From the sequence record SRR9188677_85: 64,000 nucleotides of DNA; one strand, 5' to 3'. The translations under genes and the position numbers were made by a program. Under the pieces are notes generated by a model. It was not told the origin of the DNA and searched no databases. It was given only the letters and a program-made list of their open reading frames with translations. Shown one piece after another: positions 35,951 to 45,860 of this stretch; position 1 is the first letter of the stretch; every line of letters begins with the position of its first letter.

Positions 35951-38900
35951 TCACAGCTTAACCACCTTCCTCGATATAACCCTCAGCCCATTGTTATAAA
36001 TGATGAAATATATTCCGGGATTCACCGATTTAAGGTCAATTGTCGCCCTCTTTTCTGCGATGGATTTGAATATTTCCAATCCTTTTTCATCAACCATTCG
36101 GACGCTTCCCGGTTCTTTTACGTAGACTATCAGTTCATTTGTCGTCGGATTTGGGAACGTATTGATGTCGAAATCATCGGTATTAAAAGTTATTTTGTCA
36201 GGCAGACCAGGATCATTTTTGCCAATGACATGTTCCTTTTCCTCGTCATCCGCTGCTACACCCATTTTCCACACTTGCAAACCTTTGGAATTGGTAAATC
36301 CGGAAGCGTAAACTTCTCCGTTAAAATGAAAAATTTCCTGGACGGTAATTCCTTCGGCACCTTTCACAATTTCCGCAAAATGATAGAGTGAGTCATGGTC
36401 AAGGCGTGTTATTTCAAAGCCGGTTTTGGCTGAATAGGAAGGGAAATAGTTCGATGTACCGGCCAAAGTTACGTTGTCCCCGTATTGACCATTTAATTGG
36501 TATCTTTCTGTAAATGTTCCATTTTCAAGCGTGTAAACGTATGGATTAGCATAATTCTCATCTTTATATACGGTGAAAAACGAGTCATTCAATTCTCTTG
36601 AAACACGAAGATTTTCGTCAATGTACACCAATTTTTCTGTGGCGATATTCCAGATTGAACTCTTCAGATTGACTCCATCAGACAAGTAAAGAATCAGGTT
36701 CTTCTTGTTAAATCCATCCGAAAGCCCATACTGAGTGTTGGTCAAAATTGGTACCAACCTTTTTATCTTTGTTTTGTAATAGTAATAATAGGCGCCGGTC
36801 GAAGATATTCCTCTGATAATGAAACCTTCTGATGCAGCCAGTACCTGCTCAACAACGATGGTGAATTGATGTTCTTTCACCTCTCCATTGATAAATGTTA
36901 CCACCTTGTTTTCATTCCAGATCGCCAGATTCGATTTGTCAAAATCGGAAGGGCACACGCCAAAACCTGATCCGGCATTGTATAGCGTCTTCCCGGTAAG
37001 CGCATTTATAACTGTTGTTCCTGGAAGTGTTTCATCTGCTTGACGAGAATTGATCAGGAGATAATTTCCCTGATAACTAAAACCATCCATCGTAGTATTG
37101 AAGACTTTTTTAATATTGTCGCTGGCATCCAGAGAATAGATATCATTGAAGGCGGTTGCCGATGTATTGCGTACCGAATAATATAAACGATCTCCAAATG
37201 CCTGGTGGAAATGCGCATCTCCGGTGGCATTGAGGTTAATCAGTTTCAGCGCACCGTTTTCGATTCTATATAGATTATTATATGACCAGCCACCTTTGGT
37301 CGTATTTTCAACCACATAAAAATTGTTTGTTGTTTTGACGATTGAGCTGTAAGGAAATTTGGCGAAATCGAGCTCGTTGGTTCGTTCCAGATTTGTTATA
37401 ACGTGGAAAATTTTTGTTCCGCTAGCCACTTCAAGAAGTACCTCGCTGTAATTACTGTACGATGCACGAACGTAGGCTGCTTCTGATCCTTTGTACGTAT
37501 AGAGTTCCTTTGTTCCTCCGGCTGTTCCGTCGGTCTTGAAAACTTTAATACCGGTTTCAGATGACGATACAAAGACAAAATTGCCTTTTAATTTCTTCAG
37601 TGAATTTGCCATCCAGTAAGAGTCCGTCTGTCCTTCATATTCAAAAACCTGCTCAGTTGTACTGCCGTCGCTCGACCAAAGCTGGTTTTTCTTTAACTCT
37701 TGAGAATACGTCCAGAAAAGCATTTTGTTGTTCAAAGTATCGCGGTAAGTAAGCCAGTTTTCCTCAAAGCGATCTTTTGAACTTAGAAGCGGCTTTTTAC
37801 TGCCTGTCGTCACATTATAGAGGTTGTCAGACAGTTCAAATTTGTTATTTCCAACCAGGATGGGCGTGTTAATTAAAGGGAACTTGTCGAGCGAGATGGT
37901 CGTGTCAAGTGCTATGTTATAAATGCATTTAGCGTAAGATGTGCCGATCTGAAAGACATCAGCTGACTTCTGCCTGATCTGCAGTTCCCTTGCCATAACC
38001 AGTGCAGGGAGTTTTTTTGAGATTCTTTTTTTATTCGTTTTTATATCAAAAACATTAAGAAATACACTGTAAAGTGACTCAATTCCATACATGGAAGTAT
38101 ATGCAAGATTGTTGCCCTGAATCGAGAAGTTATTGAAATAGGGGCCCTCATGGCTTGTTGCATCCGTGTAATACATGGTGCTCGCAGGAATATTCGCGAT
38201 CTCCTGCCAGGTATTTCCGGAGATAACTTTCCATGCCTGAAATTTCAGACTCCGGTTATCGAAGTATCCGTCTTTCAATAGGAAAAGATTGCCGGTGCTG
38301 TCTTTGAGGGCAGCTGGTGCAAACCCCTGGACCCAGGGATGTAACGTTGCTTTTTCCGCACGGTTGGCTCCATTGGCAACGACAAGCGATTTGCCATTTT
38401 TTGTATCCTGAAACGACAAATATTCGTAGCCTTTGTATTTCTCAATATTAAGCATTGAAATATGCCCTCCCGATTTCTCAAAAATCAAATGTGACGTAGT
38501 ATCATATACCTTCAAGCTCCACACGGAGTCGGCTTTGTTGAAATTGGAATAGTATAGCTTGTTTTCATAAATATTCACTGCATTGGCATCCTTTTCCCAG
38601 AACTCAATTTTACCTGAATCGTCGAGCCACCCGAGCAGGATTTGAGGCGCATAACGCATACGATCCCCTGCAAACGTAACGAGCAATTTACCGCTGACGG
38701 CATAAATATTCATCAAGCTGTCCGAATGAAGTACCATTCTGGTGCCTGCGGTCGTCCCATCGGTTTTCCATATTTCCTGCTTGCTTGTGCGGAAGTAAAG
38801 CAGATTGTTATGCTTGGTAAAATCAGCGAAGGATGCACTGGAACTACCTGGGTCGATATCCTTTAATAGTTTTGTGTTGTTTTTGCTGCCTTGGGAAACC

Positions 38901-39085
38901 CAAAGTTCGGTGCCTGTCTCTGGTGTAAAAGTAGAAAATAACAACTTACCATTGATTTCACTTTGGTAGGTAACGGCGGTGTTATTGGTGCTTTTCTGAT
39001 TTTTAAAATTGGTAATCTGTTTCTGGCCGATACAGTATCCGGATATGAAGGACAGAACGAAAATTAGGTAGAAATTTCTTGCCAT
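35951..39085 (-). CDS. T9SS type A-sorted protein with ELWxxDGT repeats
   Basis: Signal peptide; GTELWVSQG, IWKTDGTTAGT, LWSSDG, FKTDGTAGGT; C-terminal FPNPTT...GIYFI...KVVKL. Confidence 0.9.
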   Translation of the reverse strand: MARNFYLIFVLSFISGYCIGQKQITNFKNQKSTNNTAVTYQSEINGKLLFSTFTPETGTELWVSQGSKNNTKLLKDIDPGSSSASFADFTKHNNLLYFRTSKQEIWKTDGTTAGTRMVLHSDSLMNIYAVSGKLLVTFAGDRMRYAPQILLGWLDDSGKIEFWEKDANAVNIYENKLYYSNFNKADSVWSLKVYDTTSHLIFEKSGGHISMLNIEKYKGYEYLSFQDTKNGKSLVVANGANRAEKATLHPWVQGFAPAALKDSTGNLFLLKDGYFDNRSLKFQAWKVISGNTWQEIANIPASTMYYTDATSHEGPYFNNFSIQGNNLAYTSMYGIESLYSVFLNVFDIKTNKKRISKKLPALVMARELQIRQKSADVFQIGTSYAKCIYNIALDTTISLDKFPLINTPILVGNNKFELSDNLYNVTTGSKKPLLSSKDRFEENWLTYRDTLNNKMLFWTYSQELKKNQLWSSDGSTTEQVFEYEGQTDSYWMANSLKKLKGNFVFVSSSETGIKVFKTDGTAGGTKELYTYKGSEAAYVRASYSNYSEVLLEVASGTKIFHVITNLERTNELDFAKFPYSSIVKTTNNFYVVENTTKGGWSYNNLYRIENGALKLINLNATGDAHFHQAFGDRLYYSVRNTSATAFNDIYSLDASDNIKKVFNTTMDGFSYQGNYLLINSRQADETLPGTTVINALTGKTLYNAGSGFGVCPSDFDKSNLAIWNENKVVTFINGEVKEHQFTIVVEQVLAASEGFIIRGISSTGAYYYYYKTKIKRLVPILTNTQYGLSDGFNKKNLILYLSDGVNLKSSIWNIATEKLVYIDENLRVSRELNDSFFTVYKDENYANPYVYTLENGTFTERYQLNGQYGDNVTLAGTSNYFPSYSAKTGFEITRLDHDSLYHFAEIVKGAEGITVQEIFHFNGEVYASGFTNSKGLQVWKMGVAADDEEKEHVIGKNDPGLPDKITFNTDDFDINTFPNPTTNELIVYVKEPGSVRMVDEKGLEIFKSIAEKRATIDLKSVNPGIYFIIYNNGLRVISRKVVKL

Positions 39086-39231
39086 AAAATAAGTTAGACA
39101 TCAGGTTGTGAGATTGCGAAATGTAACCACTAAGATAACTATTACAAGGTCTTCAAAAGAGATATAGCAAAAATAACTGGTTAAAATCAGGGGACTGTAA
39201 ACGTTGGAACATTCGAATATTCAGACAAAAC

Positions 39232-39262
39232 GAAGACTCCGGTTTGTCCTAATTGGTTGTAA
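39232..39262 (-). promoter_or_regulatory. ECF-type promoter TTACAACCAATTA-N12-GTCTTC (copy 2)
   Basis: See copy 1. Confidence 0.65.
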
Positions 39263-39380
39263 CCGCAAATGAAATAAGCCAATGTTTGTAAGAATCGACA
39301 AAAAGATTAGCCTAATCAGGAATAATCAATCTTTCGTTTGATCATATATCATCTTTCGTTTAATCATATCTCAATTAAAA

Positions 39381-39399
39381 TTTATTGATAAACAATAAA
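39381..39399. promoter_or_regulatory. TTTATTG-N5-CAATAAA palindrome, putative operator for the downstream XRE regulator
   Basis: Perfect 7-bp inverted repeat upstream of the DUF2975-HTH operon. Confidence 0.5.
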
Positions 39400-39457
39400 T
39401 AATACTTGTTTTATAATAATTAGCCTGTACTTTTGTTTTGTACTTAAAATTACGGCT

Positions 39458-40078
39458 ATGAAACCCCAACTCATTTTCTCTGTCCTCCGGGTCGGTACCA
39501 GCATTCTCTTCTATTTGTTAATTATTTTAACGATTGTCGTTTCAATAAGCTGTGGGCTGAGCATGTCAGGAATGGCTGGGTCAGAAAGCCATAGGCCAGT
39601 TTTTACGCATGAAGTGATGGCTTTTGGTCTAAATAAGGTAAAGCCAATCGTTACTTATTCGGCGGACAAATTGGTGAAATACACCGCCGTTACCGACCGG
39701 TATAAGCTTGATGTCGAACCGACTTCCATTTTAGGTTATTTCTCATTTTTTGCCGCACTGGTGAATCTTGGAATGGGTATTGCAATCTTGGGCCTGTTCC
39801 GGAAGATTTTTTGGGAAAGTAATCTGATCAATTCCTTTAAAAGAGACGTTCATAATCGGCTGGTTATCCTCGCTATTCTATTCGCGGCATCCGATGTTGT
39901 TAAGTTGGCCAACTATTTTACATTCAACAGCCTGCTGCGAAAAAGCATGAATACTCCATACTTTGAACTTGTTGAAGATATGGGAGATGGATTGTTGACC
40001 GGCCTTATCATCTACGCCATTGCAGTCATTTACCAAAGGGGATTAATTATTCAGGAAGAAAACGAACTCACCGTATAG
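39458..40078 (+). CDS. DUF2975 membrane protein
   Basis: TM segments; C-terminal IYQRGLIIQEENELTV. Confidence 0.88.
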   Translation: MKPQLIFSVLRVGTSILFYLLIILTIVVSISCGLSMSGMAGSESHRPVFTHEVMAFGLNKVKPIVTYSADKLVKYTAVTDRYKLDVEPTSILGYFSFFAALVNLGMGIAILGLFRKIFWESNLINSFKRDVHNRLVILAILFAASDVVKLANYFTFNSLLRKSMNTPYFELVEDMGDGLLTGLIIYAIAVIYQRGLIIQEENELTV

Positions 40079-40080
40079 CC

Positions 40081-40284
40081 ATGCCAATAATAGTAAATCT
40101 TGACGTCATGATGGCCCGGCGAAAAATGTCGCTTTCTGAACTTGCAGAACAAGTGGATATCACGCTGTCCAACCTGTCGATACTAAAAACCGGAAAAGCA
40201 AAGGCCATCCGGTTTTCGACTCTGGAGAAGATCTGTGAAGTGCTGGATTGTCAGCCGGCGGATATTCTGGAGTATAGCAAGTAG
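40081..40284 (+). CDS. XRE/Cro-C1 HTH regulator (YozG-like)
   Basis: MPIIVNLDVMMARRKMSL..LA..V.IT.SNLSILKTGKAKAIRFSTL. Confidence 0.95.
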   Translation: MPIIVNLDVMMARRKMSLSELAEQVDITLSNLSILKTGKAKAIRFSTLEKICEVLDCQPADILEYSK

Positions 40285-40708
40285 GTCTTTCAAAGTCGCG
40301 CAAAACGTTGCGGGAAACGGTTGTGTAATTTGCGCAGGAAATGCAGCCTGATCTGCTACTTTGTTTCTATTATTCCAATTTATTGCAGATCACCGCCTTT
40401 TTCCACATCATATTTTTTCCCGATTTTGCTCAAATCGATGTCCTCAACCTCGCCCTTTGCCGATAGCCAATGTCTGTGCATGAAATTTAAACAGTTCAAA
40501 AAAAATGGAATACAAATAATGATCCTGCTTTTTGCCTCGTTGGAAAACTTGTCAAGATTAAACTTTGGTGTTTTTTTGTTTCAAAAGCACAAAATCGGTC
40601 TTCTGTTTAGAAGGTGAGTGCAATAGGCGTGGAGCTTTCGATCCAGCATAACAGCCACATCATAAGTAACTGACAGCGTGGGAGGTATTAAAAACAAAGC
40701 ATTAATTT

Positions 40709-40726
40709 GCCTGCCCGGAGGCAGGC
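40709..40726. repeat. Short palindrome GCCTGCC-CGGA-GGCAGGC
   Basis: Perfect 7-bp stem downstream of the TolB-like gene. Confidence 0.5.
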
Positions 40727-40772
40727 TTTATAGAGGAGGATTACGCGTGTGAACAGTGGAAAATGATTTCGT

Positions 40773-41729
40773 CTATTTTTGGAATTTTACTTTTGCCTTC
40801 CAGATGTTGTAATTTTTTTCAGCATTTGAACTGAAAAATAACATATAATCGTCACCCCAGGTCGGATCACTTTCGTCCGTTTCACCCTGTGTAATCTGTA
40901 CCAGATCGGAGCCATCTGCTTTCATTACGTAGATGTGCTTGTTCTGTTTTTTAGGATTTTCGCGGTTGCTGGCAAAGGCAATATATTTGCCGTCTCTGGA
41001 AAATGCTCCGTCGCGGTTATTGTATTCGCCGGTAGTCAATTGGTTTTTTTCTCCGGTCTTTATGTCCATCGTAAAAACCTGAAATGTTTTTCCAACCTTG
41101 ATGTTGTAGATAATTTTGTTGTTGTTCAACGGATTAAGACTCAGGTGAGCTCCTTCGGTAATGACAGAGTAATTTCCACCTTTAGCGTCCATGGAGCAAA
41201 CCATCCGGCTCTTACCCATACGGGTCGTAAACAGGATTTTTGAGTTGTCTTTCAGGATAATAGGTTCCGAATCGTCCTCTCCCATTGCTCCAGCCGAAAT
41301 GTAATTCAGTCCAACGCCGTTAATGTCTGATCTTACAATCACGGCTCTTTCGGGTTTGATATAGCTGAAAATAACGCCCGAATTGTTGGGTAACCAGGTA
41401 GGGTAGGCAGCGTTGTTCACCAGCGGATTCGTAATGGGTTTTCCGATTTCTTTGCGTACGATCCGGTAGTTTTTATTGGTTTTTACGCCCAATTCTCCGT
41501 TGGTCAAAGACATCGAGTAGGACACATCGATGGCATTGTACAACAGGAATTTGCCATCCGGACTCACCCGTGCAAAAAATTCCTGCGATGCATCAGAAGT
41601 CTCTCGTGTCAGGTTTTCGGCGTTGCCGGTTACGCCTGGGACACTTGGGATTTGAGCGGTCAAATGGTTTGAACAGATTAACAGTAGGGCTGCTAAAATA
41701 CTTTTAGTCAGTAATTTGGCGGAATTCAT
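40773..41729 (-). CDS. Exported TolB-like (PD40/WD40) beta-propeller protein
   Basis: Signal peptide; VSPDGK, FSRDGKYIAFASNR, IYVMKADGS..QIT. Confidence 0.88.
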   Translation of the reverse strand: MNSAKLLTKSILAALLLICSNHLTAQIPSVPGVTGNAENLTRETSDASQEFFARVSPDGKFLLYNAIDVSYSMSLTNGELGVKTNKNYRIVRKEIGKPITNPLVNNAAYPTWLPNNSGVIFSYIKPERAVIVRSDINGVGLNYISAGAMGEDDSEPIILKDNSKILFTTRMGKSRMVCSMDAKGGNYSVITEGAHLSLNPLNNNKIIYNIKVGKTFQVFTMDIKTGEKNQLTTGEYNNRDGAFSRDGKYIAFASNRENPKKQNKHIYVMKADGSDLVQITQGETDESDPTWGDDYMLFFSSNAEKNYNIWKAKVKFQK

Positions 41730-41783
41730 AAGAGCTGAAATAAGTTATAGTAAAAGCAAATGGTCTGAATTTAAATGATCGTG

Positions 41784-42221
41784 TCATTGGCGTGTGAACT
41801 CCTGTGTAATAGGATCTGGATCTTCTCCCTGACATTCCGTATGGGTTTCCATAATCAGCTTATCACCAGCCAGTTTTCCTGTGCCTTTAATCCCACAGAA
41901 GGGAGCTCCCGGTGCGGCGGTGTCATAGTCGAACCTTAGTGTGTTCTTGTCTTCCATCCAGGCTGTGCTAAGCGTCATAATAGGATATGTTTTTTCCCAG
42001 TCATTGTTATCCAGTTCCGACCCGTCAACCCTGTAAATCATTATTCCAACGGTTTTATCACCGGTTTTCACGATTTTCCAAATGGTCTGAGTTCGGAAAT
42101 CGCCAATGGTAGTGATAGCAGTTTTCCACGTGCCGGCAACACGATCTGCCAGGTTGGCGTTAACACCGTCTTTTGAACAAGAAAACACGATTAACAGGAG
42201 GAATAGAAGATATTTTTTCAT
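41784..42221 (-). CDS. Hypothetical lipoprotein (lipocalin-like beta-barrel suspected)
   Basis: MKKYLLFLLLIVFSC lipobox; VAGTWK; start moved to ATG 42221. Confidence 0.7.
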   Translation of the reverse strand: MKKYLLFLLLIVFSCSKDGVNANLADRVAGTWKTAITTIGDFRTQTIWKIVKTGDKTVGIMIYRVDGSELDNNDWEKTYPIMTLSTAWMEDKNTLRFDYDTAAPGAPFCGIKGTGKLAGDKLIMETHTECQGEDPDPITQEFTRQ

Positions 42222-42241
42222 TGATAGAGGAGGGTTAAAGT

Positions 42242-42595
42242 TCAATTTTTCGTCCTGAGAATGGGCAGCCTTACAATTAATCCATCCTTATATAAACGGC
42301 CGATCAGGATTTCATGGTCGTCGACGAAAACGATGTTGCCCTGCACTGCGGTAACGTGATGGATGTTAATAATGTGTTTTCTTGAAACTCTCACAAACAC
42401 ATTTGTATCCAATTGCGACTCAACGTTGCCGAGGTTGGTGGATATTCTGTACCGCTTTCCCCGCTGACTGGTAATGAGGTCTGCCCAGCTGCCTTCGGCC
42501 TGGAAGTATAGTATATCCTGAAAAAACACTTTTTCATAACGCTGTTCTTTGCCTGACACGAAAACGCTTTCAGACCTTAGTTGAGAAACTTCCAT
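42242..42595 (-). CDS. Stand-alone LytTR DNA-binding domain protein
   Basis: DILYFQAEGSW, FVRVSRKHIINIHHV, IGRLYK; no receiver domain (in-frame stop just upstream). Confidence 0.88.
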   Translation of the reverse strand: MEVSQLRSESVFVSGKEQRYEKVFFQDILYFQAEGSWADLITSQRGKRYRISTNLGNVESQLDTNVFVRVSRKHIINIHHVTAVQGNIVFVDDHEILIGRLYKDGLIVRLPILRTKN

Positions 42596-42858
42596 TCTTA
42601 CTTGTCAAAATTGTAATTACGTATACTTGTCGTGGGTCTTTCTCTTTTTACGATTTGGAATGTCACTCATAAAACAATGGAAGTAAAAGAGAATAGGCCT
42701 TTCTGTCAAAGAAAACAAACCAATAGCCGCTTTGTCTTGACCAATCTGCTTGTATTACCAACGAGTTTTTTGCTTATTAAAAATGGCCGGCCTCCTCGCT
42801 TGGGTTATGTTTTACCTCCTTCGTTTTTATCTCTCCCTACATCGATTAGTTTTACGCT

Positions 42859-42885
42859 GCAACCTTCTTTGTTCTGTATCGTAAC
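42859..42885 (+). promoter_or_regulatory. Putative ECF promoter GCAACC-N15-CGTAAC
   Basis: AAC...CGT ECF-type layout 11 bp upstream of the CHAT start codon. Confidence 0.4.
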
Positions 42886-42896
42886 CACTCCTTAAA

Positions 42897-45860
42897 ATGT
42901 TACCTGTTTTAGGATTCTTTTTTAAATATTTTTCAATCCGCTCCCGATTTGTTCGGTGGTTTTTACTTTTCCTGGTATGTAATGTTTTCGATTGCGTCGC
43001 CCAGCCGCCTGAATTCTGGGCACTGGTTGATAGCAGTTCCAAATATTATACAGTCACGAATGACCTGCCCAAGGCGCTCGCTTTTGCGGAAAAGGCACGG
43101 GATTTTGCTTTAAAACTATATGGAGAGAAAAATGTCTGGTATGCAAGCACTTACATTTTAAGTGCCGAAGCTTATTATGTATCAGGAGATTTTAAGAATG
43201 CGGTTCGTTTTGGAGAAGAGCACAATAGCCGGCTAAAAAGCATGATGGGTGTAACAGAGCTGGACTCGGCTGTTATTGACCAGTATTCTATGGGACTACA
43301 AGATATTGCTCAGATATACAGCACGATTAAAAGGCCTATAGATGCAGAAAACGCGTGTATTGAATGCATGCAGATTAATAAAAACCCGGGTTCAGGGAGG
43401 TTCTATGGTTCAGTAAACAAATACAAAGAATGCCGGAGAAAACTGGCGGATGTGTATTTTCTCAATGGAAAACCGGAAAAGAGTATCCCGTTGTATGAAG
43501 AGGAAATCCAAGCGCAGAAAGCCGATTACCTGGCTAATCCGGCCGTACAAAAGGAAATGGCGCTTGAATTGTGCCGGTTATATAACAATCTGGGTTTTGT
43601 TCACAGTGATGTGGAGAATTACCATTTCGCCGAGTTGGCCCTTAAAGAAGCATGCTATTACGGCGAAAAGGGGCTTCCAGCAACCGCAGACTCGTATAAC
43701 AGTGCGCTGGTGAACTTGGCAACGGCGCTTTCCAAACTAAATCAGTTCCCGGAAGCGGCCGTTTATTTCAGGAAGGCAGAAGCGTTAACCATGCAAAACG
43801 GTCAGGAATATGCGCGTGGAATACTGAAAGGCAACATGGCCTCTATGCTCAAAAATCTGAATGCGAAGGAGCGAACAGAAATGAGGTTAGAGGCGATGAA
43901 TCTGTTAAAGAAAACAAATAGTCCGGGACCTTTAGCAGTTGTGTTAGAAGCTTTGGCGCAGGATTACATTGTTTTGGAAGATGCATCCAATGCAAAAAAA
44001 TACATCGATGAAGCCAGCGAGGTCTACTATCAGTTGCACAACAAACCTTCGAAAGAGAATATTACGGAGCTCCGGAGCTTACTTGCGCTTATCCAGAAGA
44101 ACGTGCCGGAAGCTTTGCGTTTGAATAAACTGGCAATCAGCGAATATTCGAAACACAATACGGAAGTGCACAAAGTATGGTTTCACAGGGCCGTTATTTT
44201 AAGCAGATTAGGTAAAGATGAAGAAGCAAATGTGGCATGGAAAAAAACATTAGACCTGCTAAACGAGCGGATTAACCTGCATTTTCCATATTTGAGCGAA
44301 TACCAGCGCGAGCAATTTTTGGACTACACGGACGACTATCGGGAGAGATACCTTTCTTTCATGTGTAAAACGAATCTGCAAAAGGCAGGAACAGGAGAAA
44401 TGTATGACTTGGTTTTGGACTCGAAAGCCATGTTGTTGAACAGAGAACTTCAAACAAAGCAGAAAATATCGGACTCCCGTGACAGCACATTTCAAAAAAA
44501 GCAAGAGCGCTATCTGGTTGCCAGAAACACAATCGCCAAATATTATCTTTCGGGAGAGGCAACAGGTAGAGCGGTAATCGACACGCTGGAAGAAGAAGTT
44601 GAAATGCTAGAAAAGGAGCTTTCCCGTACTGCATTACCCGGACAGCGGAAAGCGGTGAAATGGCAGGAGGTTCAGGCGAAACTTAAACCGGGCGAAGCTG
44701 CAATTGAAATCGTAAGGTTCAGGCTGTGGGACAATACCCGAAGACCCGATCAATTATGGGGCGAATGGCGAGATTCAGTTTACTATGTTGCGTTGGTGGT
44801 ACAGCCTTCTTCTAAAATCCCAAGGCTGGTTGTACTGCCAAATGGCAAAGCCTTGGAGGGCAGGGATTTGACAGCTTATAGATCAGCTATTGAGCGTCGT
44901 ACTTATGATGAAGATAGCTATCACTCATTTTGGAAGCCTTTAAAAGCGGCCTTAGGCAAAGTGAACAAGGTGTATTTTTCACCCGATGGCGTTTACCATC
45001 AGATCAGTCTGGCCAGTTTGAGAAACCGTGAAATGGGTCGGTTCCTTAGTGAAGAAGTGGACATTCACCTGCTGGGTACCACGAGAAGTTTGACGGAACC
45101 TGCCCGGGAATCTCTTGTATCAAACTCAATTGCGCTATACGGATTTCCCAACTATCAAAAGGCGGAAAATCTTGACAAAAATGAAGTGGCGGAAAGAATA
45201 AGTTATCATTATAATCCTGATCTGGAACGTGGAGGAAGTTACTTTAAGCCACTGCCTGCAACCAGGGACGAGGTGGAATCTATTCAGGAAATCGCCCGGA
45301 AGCAGGGCTGGACTTCACAATTATTTATTGAAGATCAGGCATCGGAGGGAAATATCAAAAACACCAAAAATTCAAAAGTATTGCATGTCGCCACACACGG
45401 CTATTTTCTGAAAGACACCGTCAAAGTGTCGTTAACAAAACAGGCCTTACTCAAATCCGGGCTAGTAATGGCAGGTGCGCTGGATACCAACCGTCTCGAA
45501 AAAATAAAGACCGAAGATGGCCTGTTGACAGCTTATGAAGTTTCTGAACTACGACTTGGCGGAACCGAATTGGTAACACTAAGCGCGTGTGAAACTGGCT
45601 TGGGCCTGATACGGAATGGCAATGGCGTTTTTGGATTGCAACGCGCGTTTTTGTCTGCGGGAGCAGAATCTGTATTAATGAGTCTTTGGAAAGTGAATGA
45701 CAGGGTTACAAAAGAGTTGATGGAAAAGTTTTACCAATACTGGATGGGAGGACTGAGCAAGCAGGCGGCTCTACTGAAATCTCAGGAAGACATTCGCAAT
45801 ACTTCTGAAACGTTGAGTCATCCATATTATTGGGGCGGATTTGTTTTAACGGAGCGATGA
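42897..45860 (+). CDS. Exported TPR + CHAT (caspase HetF-associated) protease
   Basis: N-terminal signal (..VFDCVAQ); TPR-like helices (YNNLG, LVNLA); CHAT motifs SPDG, LPAT..EV, HVATHG, LSACETG, SLWKV.D, PYYWGGF; catalytic His and Cys intact. Confidence 0.93.
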   Translation: MLPVLGFFFKYFSIRSRFVRWFLLFLVCNVFDCVAQPPEFWALVDSSSKYYTVTNDLPKALAFAEKARDFALKLYGEKNVWYASTYILSAEAYYVSGDFKNAVRFGEEHNSRLKSMMGVTELDSAVIDQYSMGLQDIAQIYSTIKRPIDAENACIECMQINKNPGSGRFYGSVNKYKECRRKLADVYFLNGKPEKSIPLYEEEIQAQKADYLANPAVQKEMALELCRLYNNLGFVHSDVENYHFAELALKEACYYGEKGLPATADSYNSALVNLATALSKLNQFPEAAVYFRKAEALTMQNGQEYARGILKGNMASMLKNLNAKERTEMRLEAMNLLKKTNSPGPLAVVLEALAQDYIVLEDASNAKKYIDEASEVYYQLHNKPSKENITELRSLLALIQKNVPEALRLNKLAISEYSKHNTEVHKVWFHRAVILSRLGKDEEANVAWKKTLDLLNERINLHFPYLSEYQREQFLDYTDDYRERYLSFMCKTNLQKAGTGEMYDLVLDSKAMLLNRELQTKQKISDSRDSTFQKKQERYLVARNTIAKYYLSGEATGRAVIDTLEEEVEMLEKELSRTALPGQRKAVKWQEVQAKLKPGEAAIEIVRFRLWDNTRRPDQLWGEWRDSVYYVALVVQPSSKIPRLVVLPNGKALEGRDLTAYRSAIERRTYDEDSYHSFWKPLKAALGKVNKVYFSPDGVYHQISLASLRNREMGRFLSEEVDIHLLGTTRSLTEPARESLVSNSIALYGFPNYQKAENLDKNEVAERISYHYNPDLERGGSYFKPLPATRDEVESIQEIARKQGWTSQLFIEDQASEGNIKNTKNSKVLHVATHGYFLKDTVKVSLTKQALLKSGLVMAGALDTNRLEKIKTEDGLLTAYEVSELRLGGTELVTLSACETGLGLIRNGNGVFGLQRAFLSAGAESVLMSLWKVNDRVTKELMEKFYQYWMGGLSKQAALLKSQEDIRNTSETLSHPYYWGGFVLTER

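Noticed and set aside
35906-36391. 161-aa plus-strand ORF, and the many similar 60-150 aa antisense ORFs in the track
   Set aside because: They lie opposite well-supported genes and show no family motifs.
39329-39372. 22-bp tandem duplication ATCTTTCGTTTRATCATATMTC
   Set aside because: Only two copies and no further context; probably a local duplication.
40285-40772. ORF 40321-40617 (+) and an open minus frame around 40380-40580
   Set aside because: No recognisable motif and no convincing start; treated as intergenic or unidentifiable decay.
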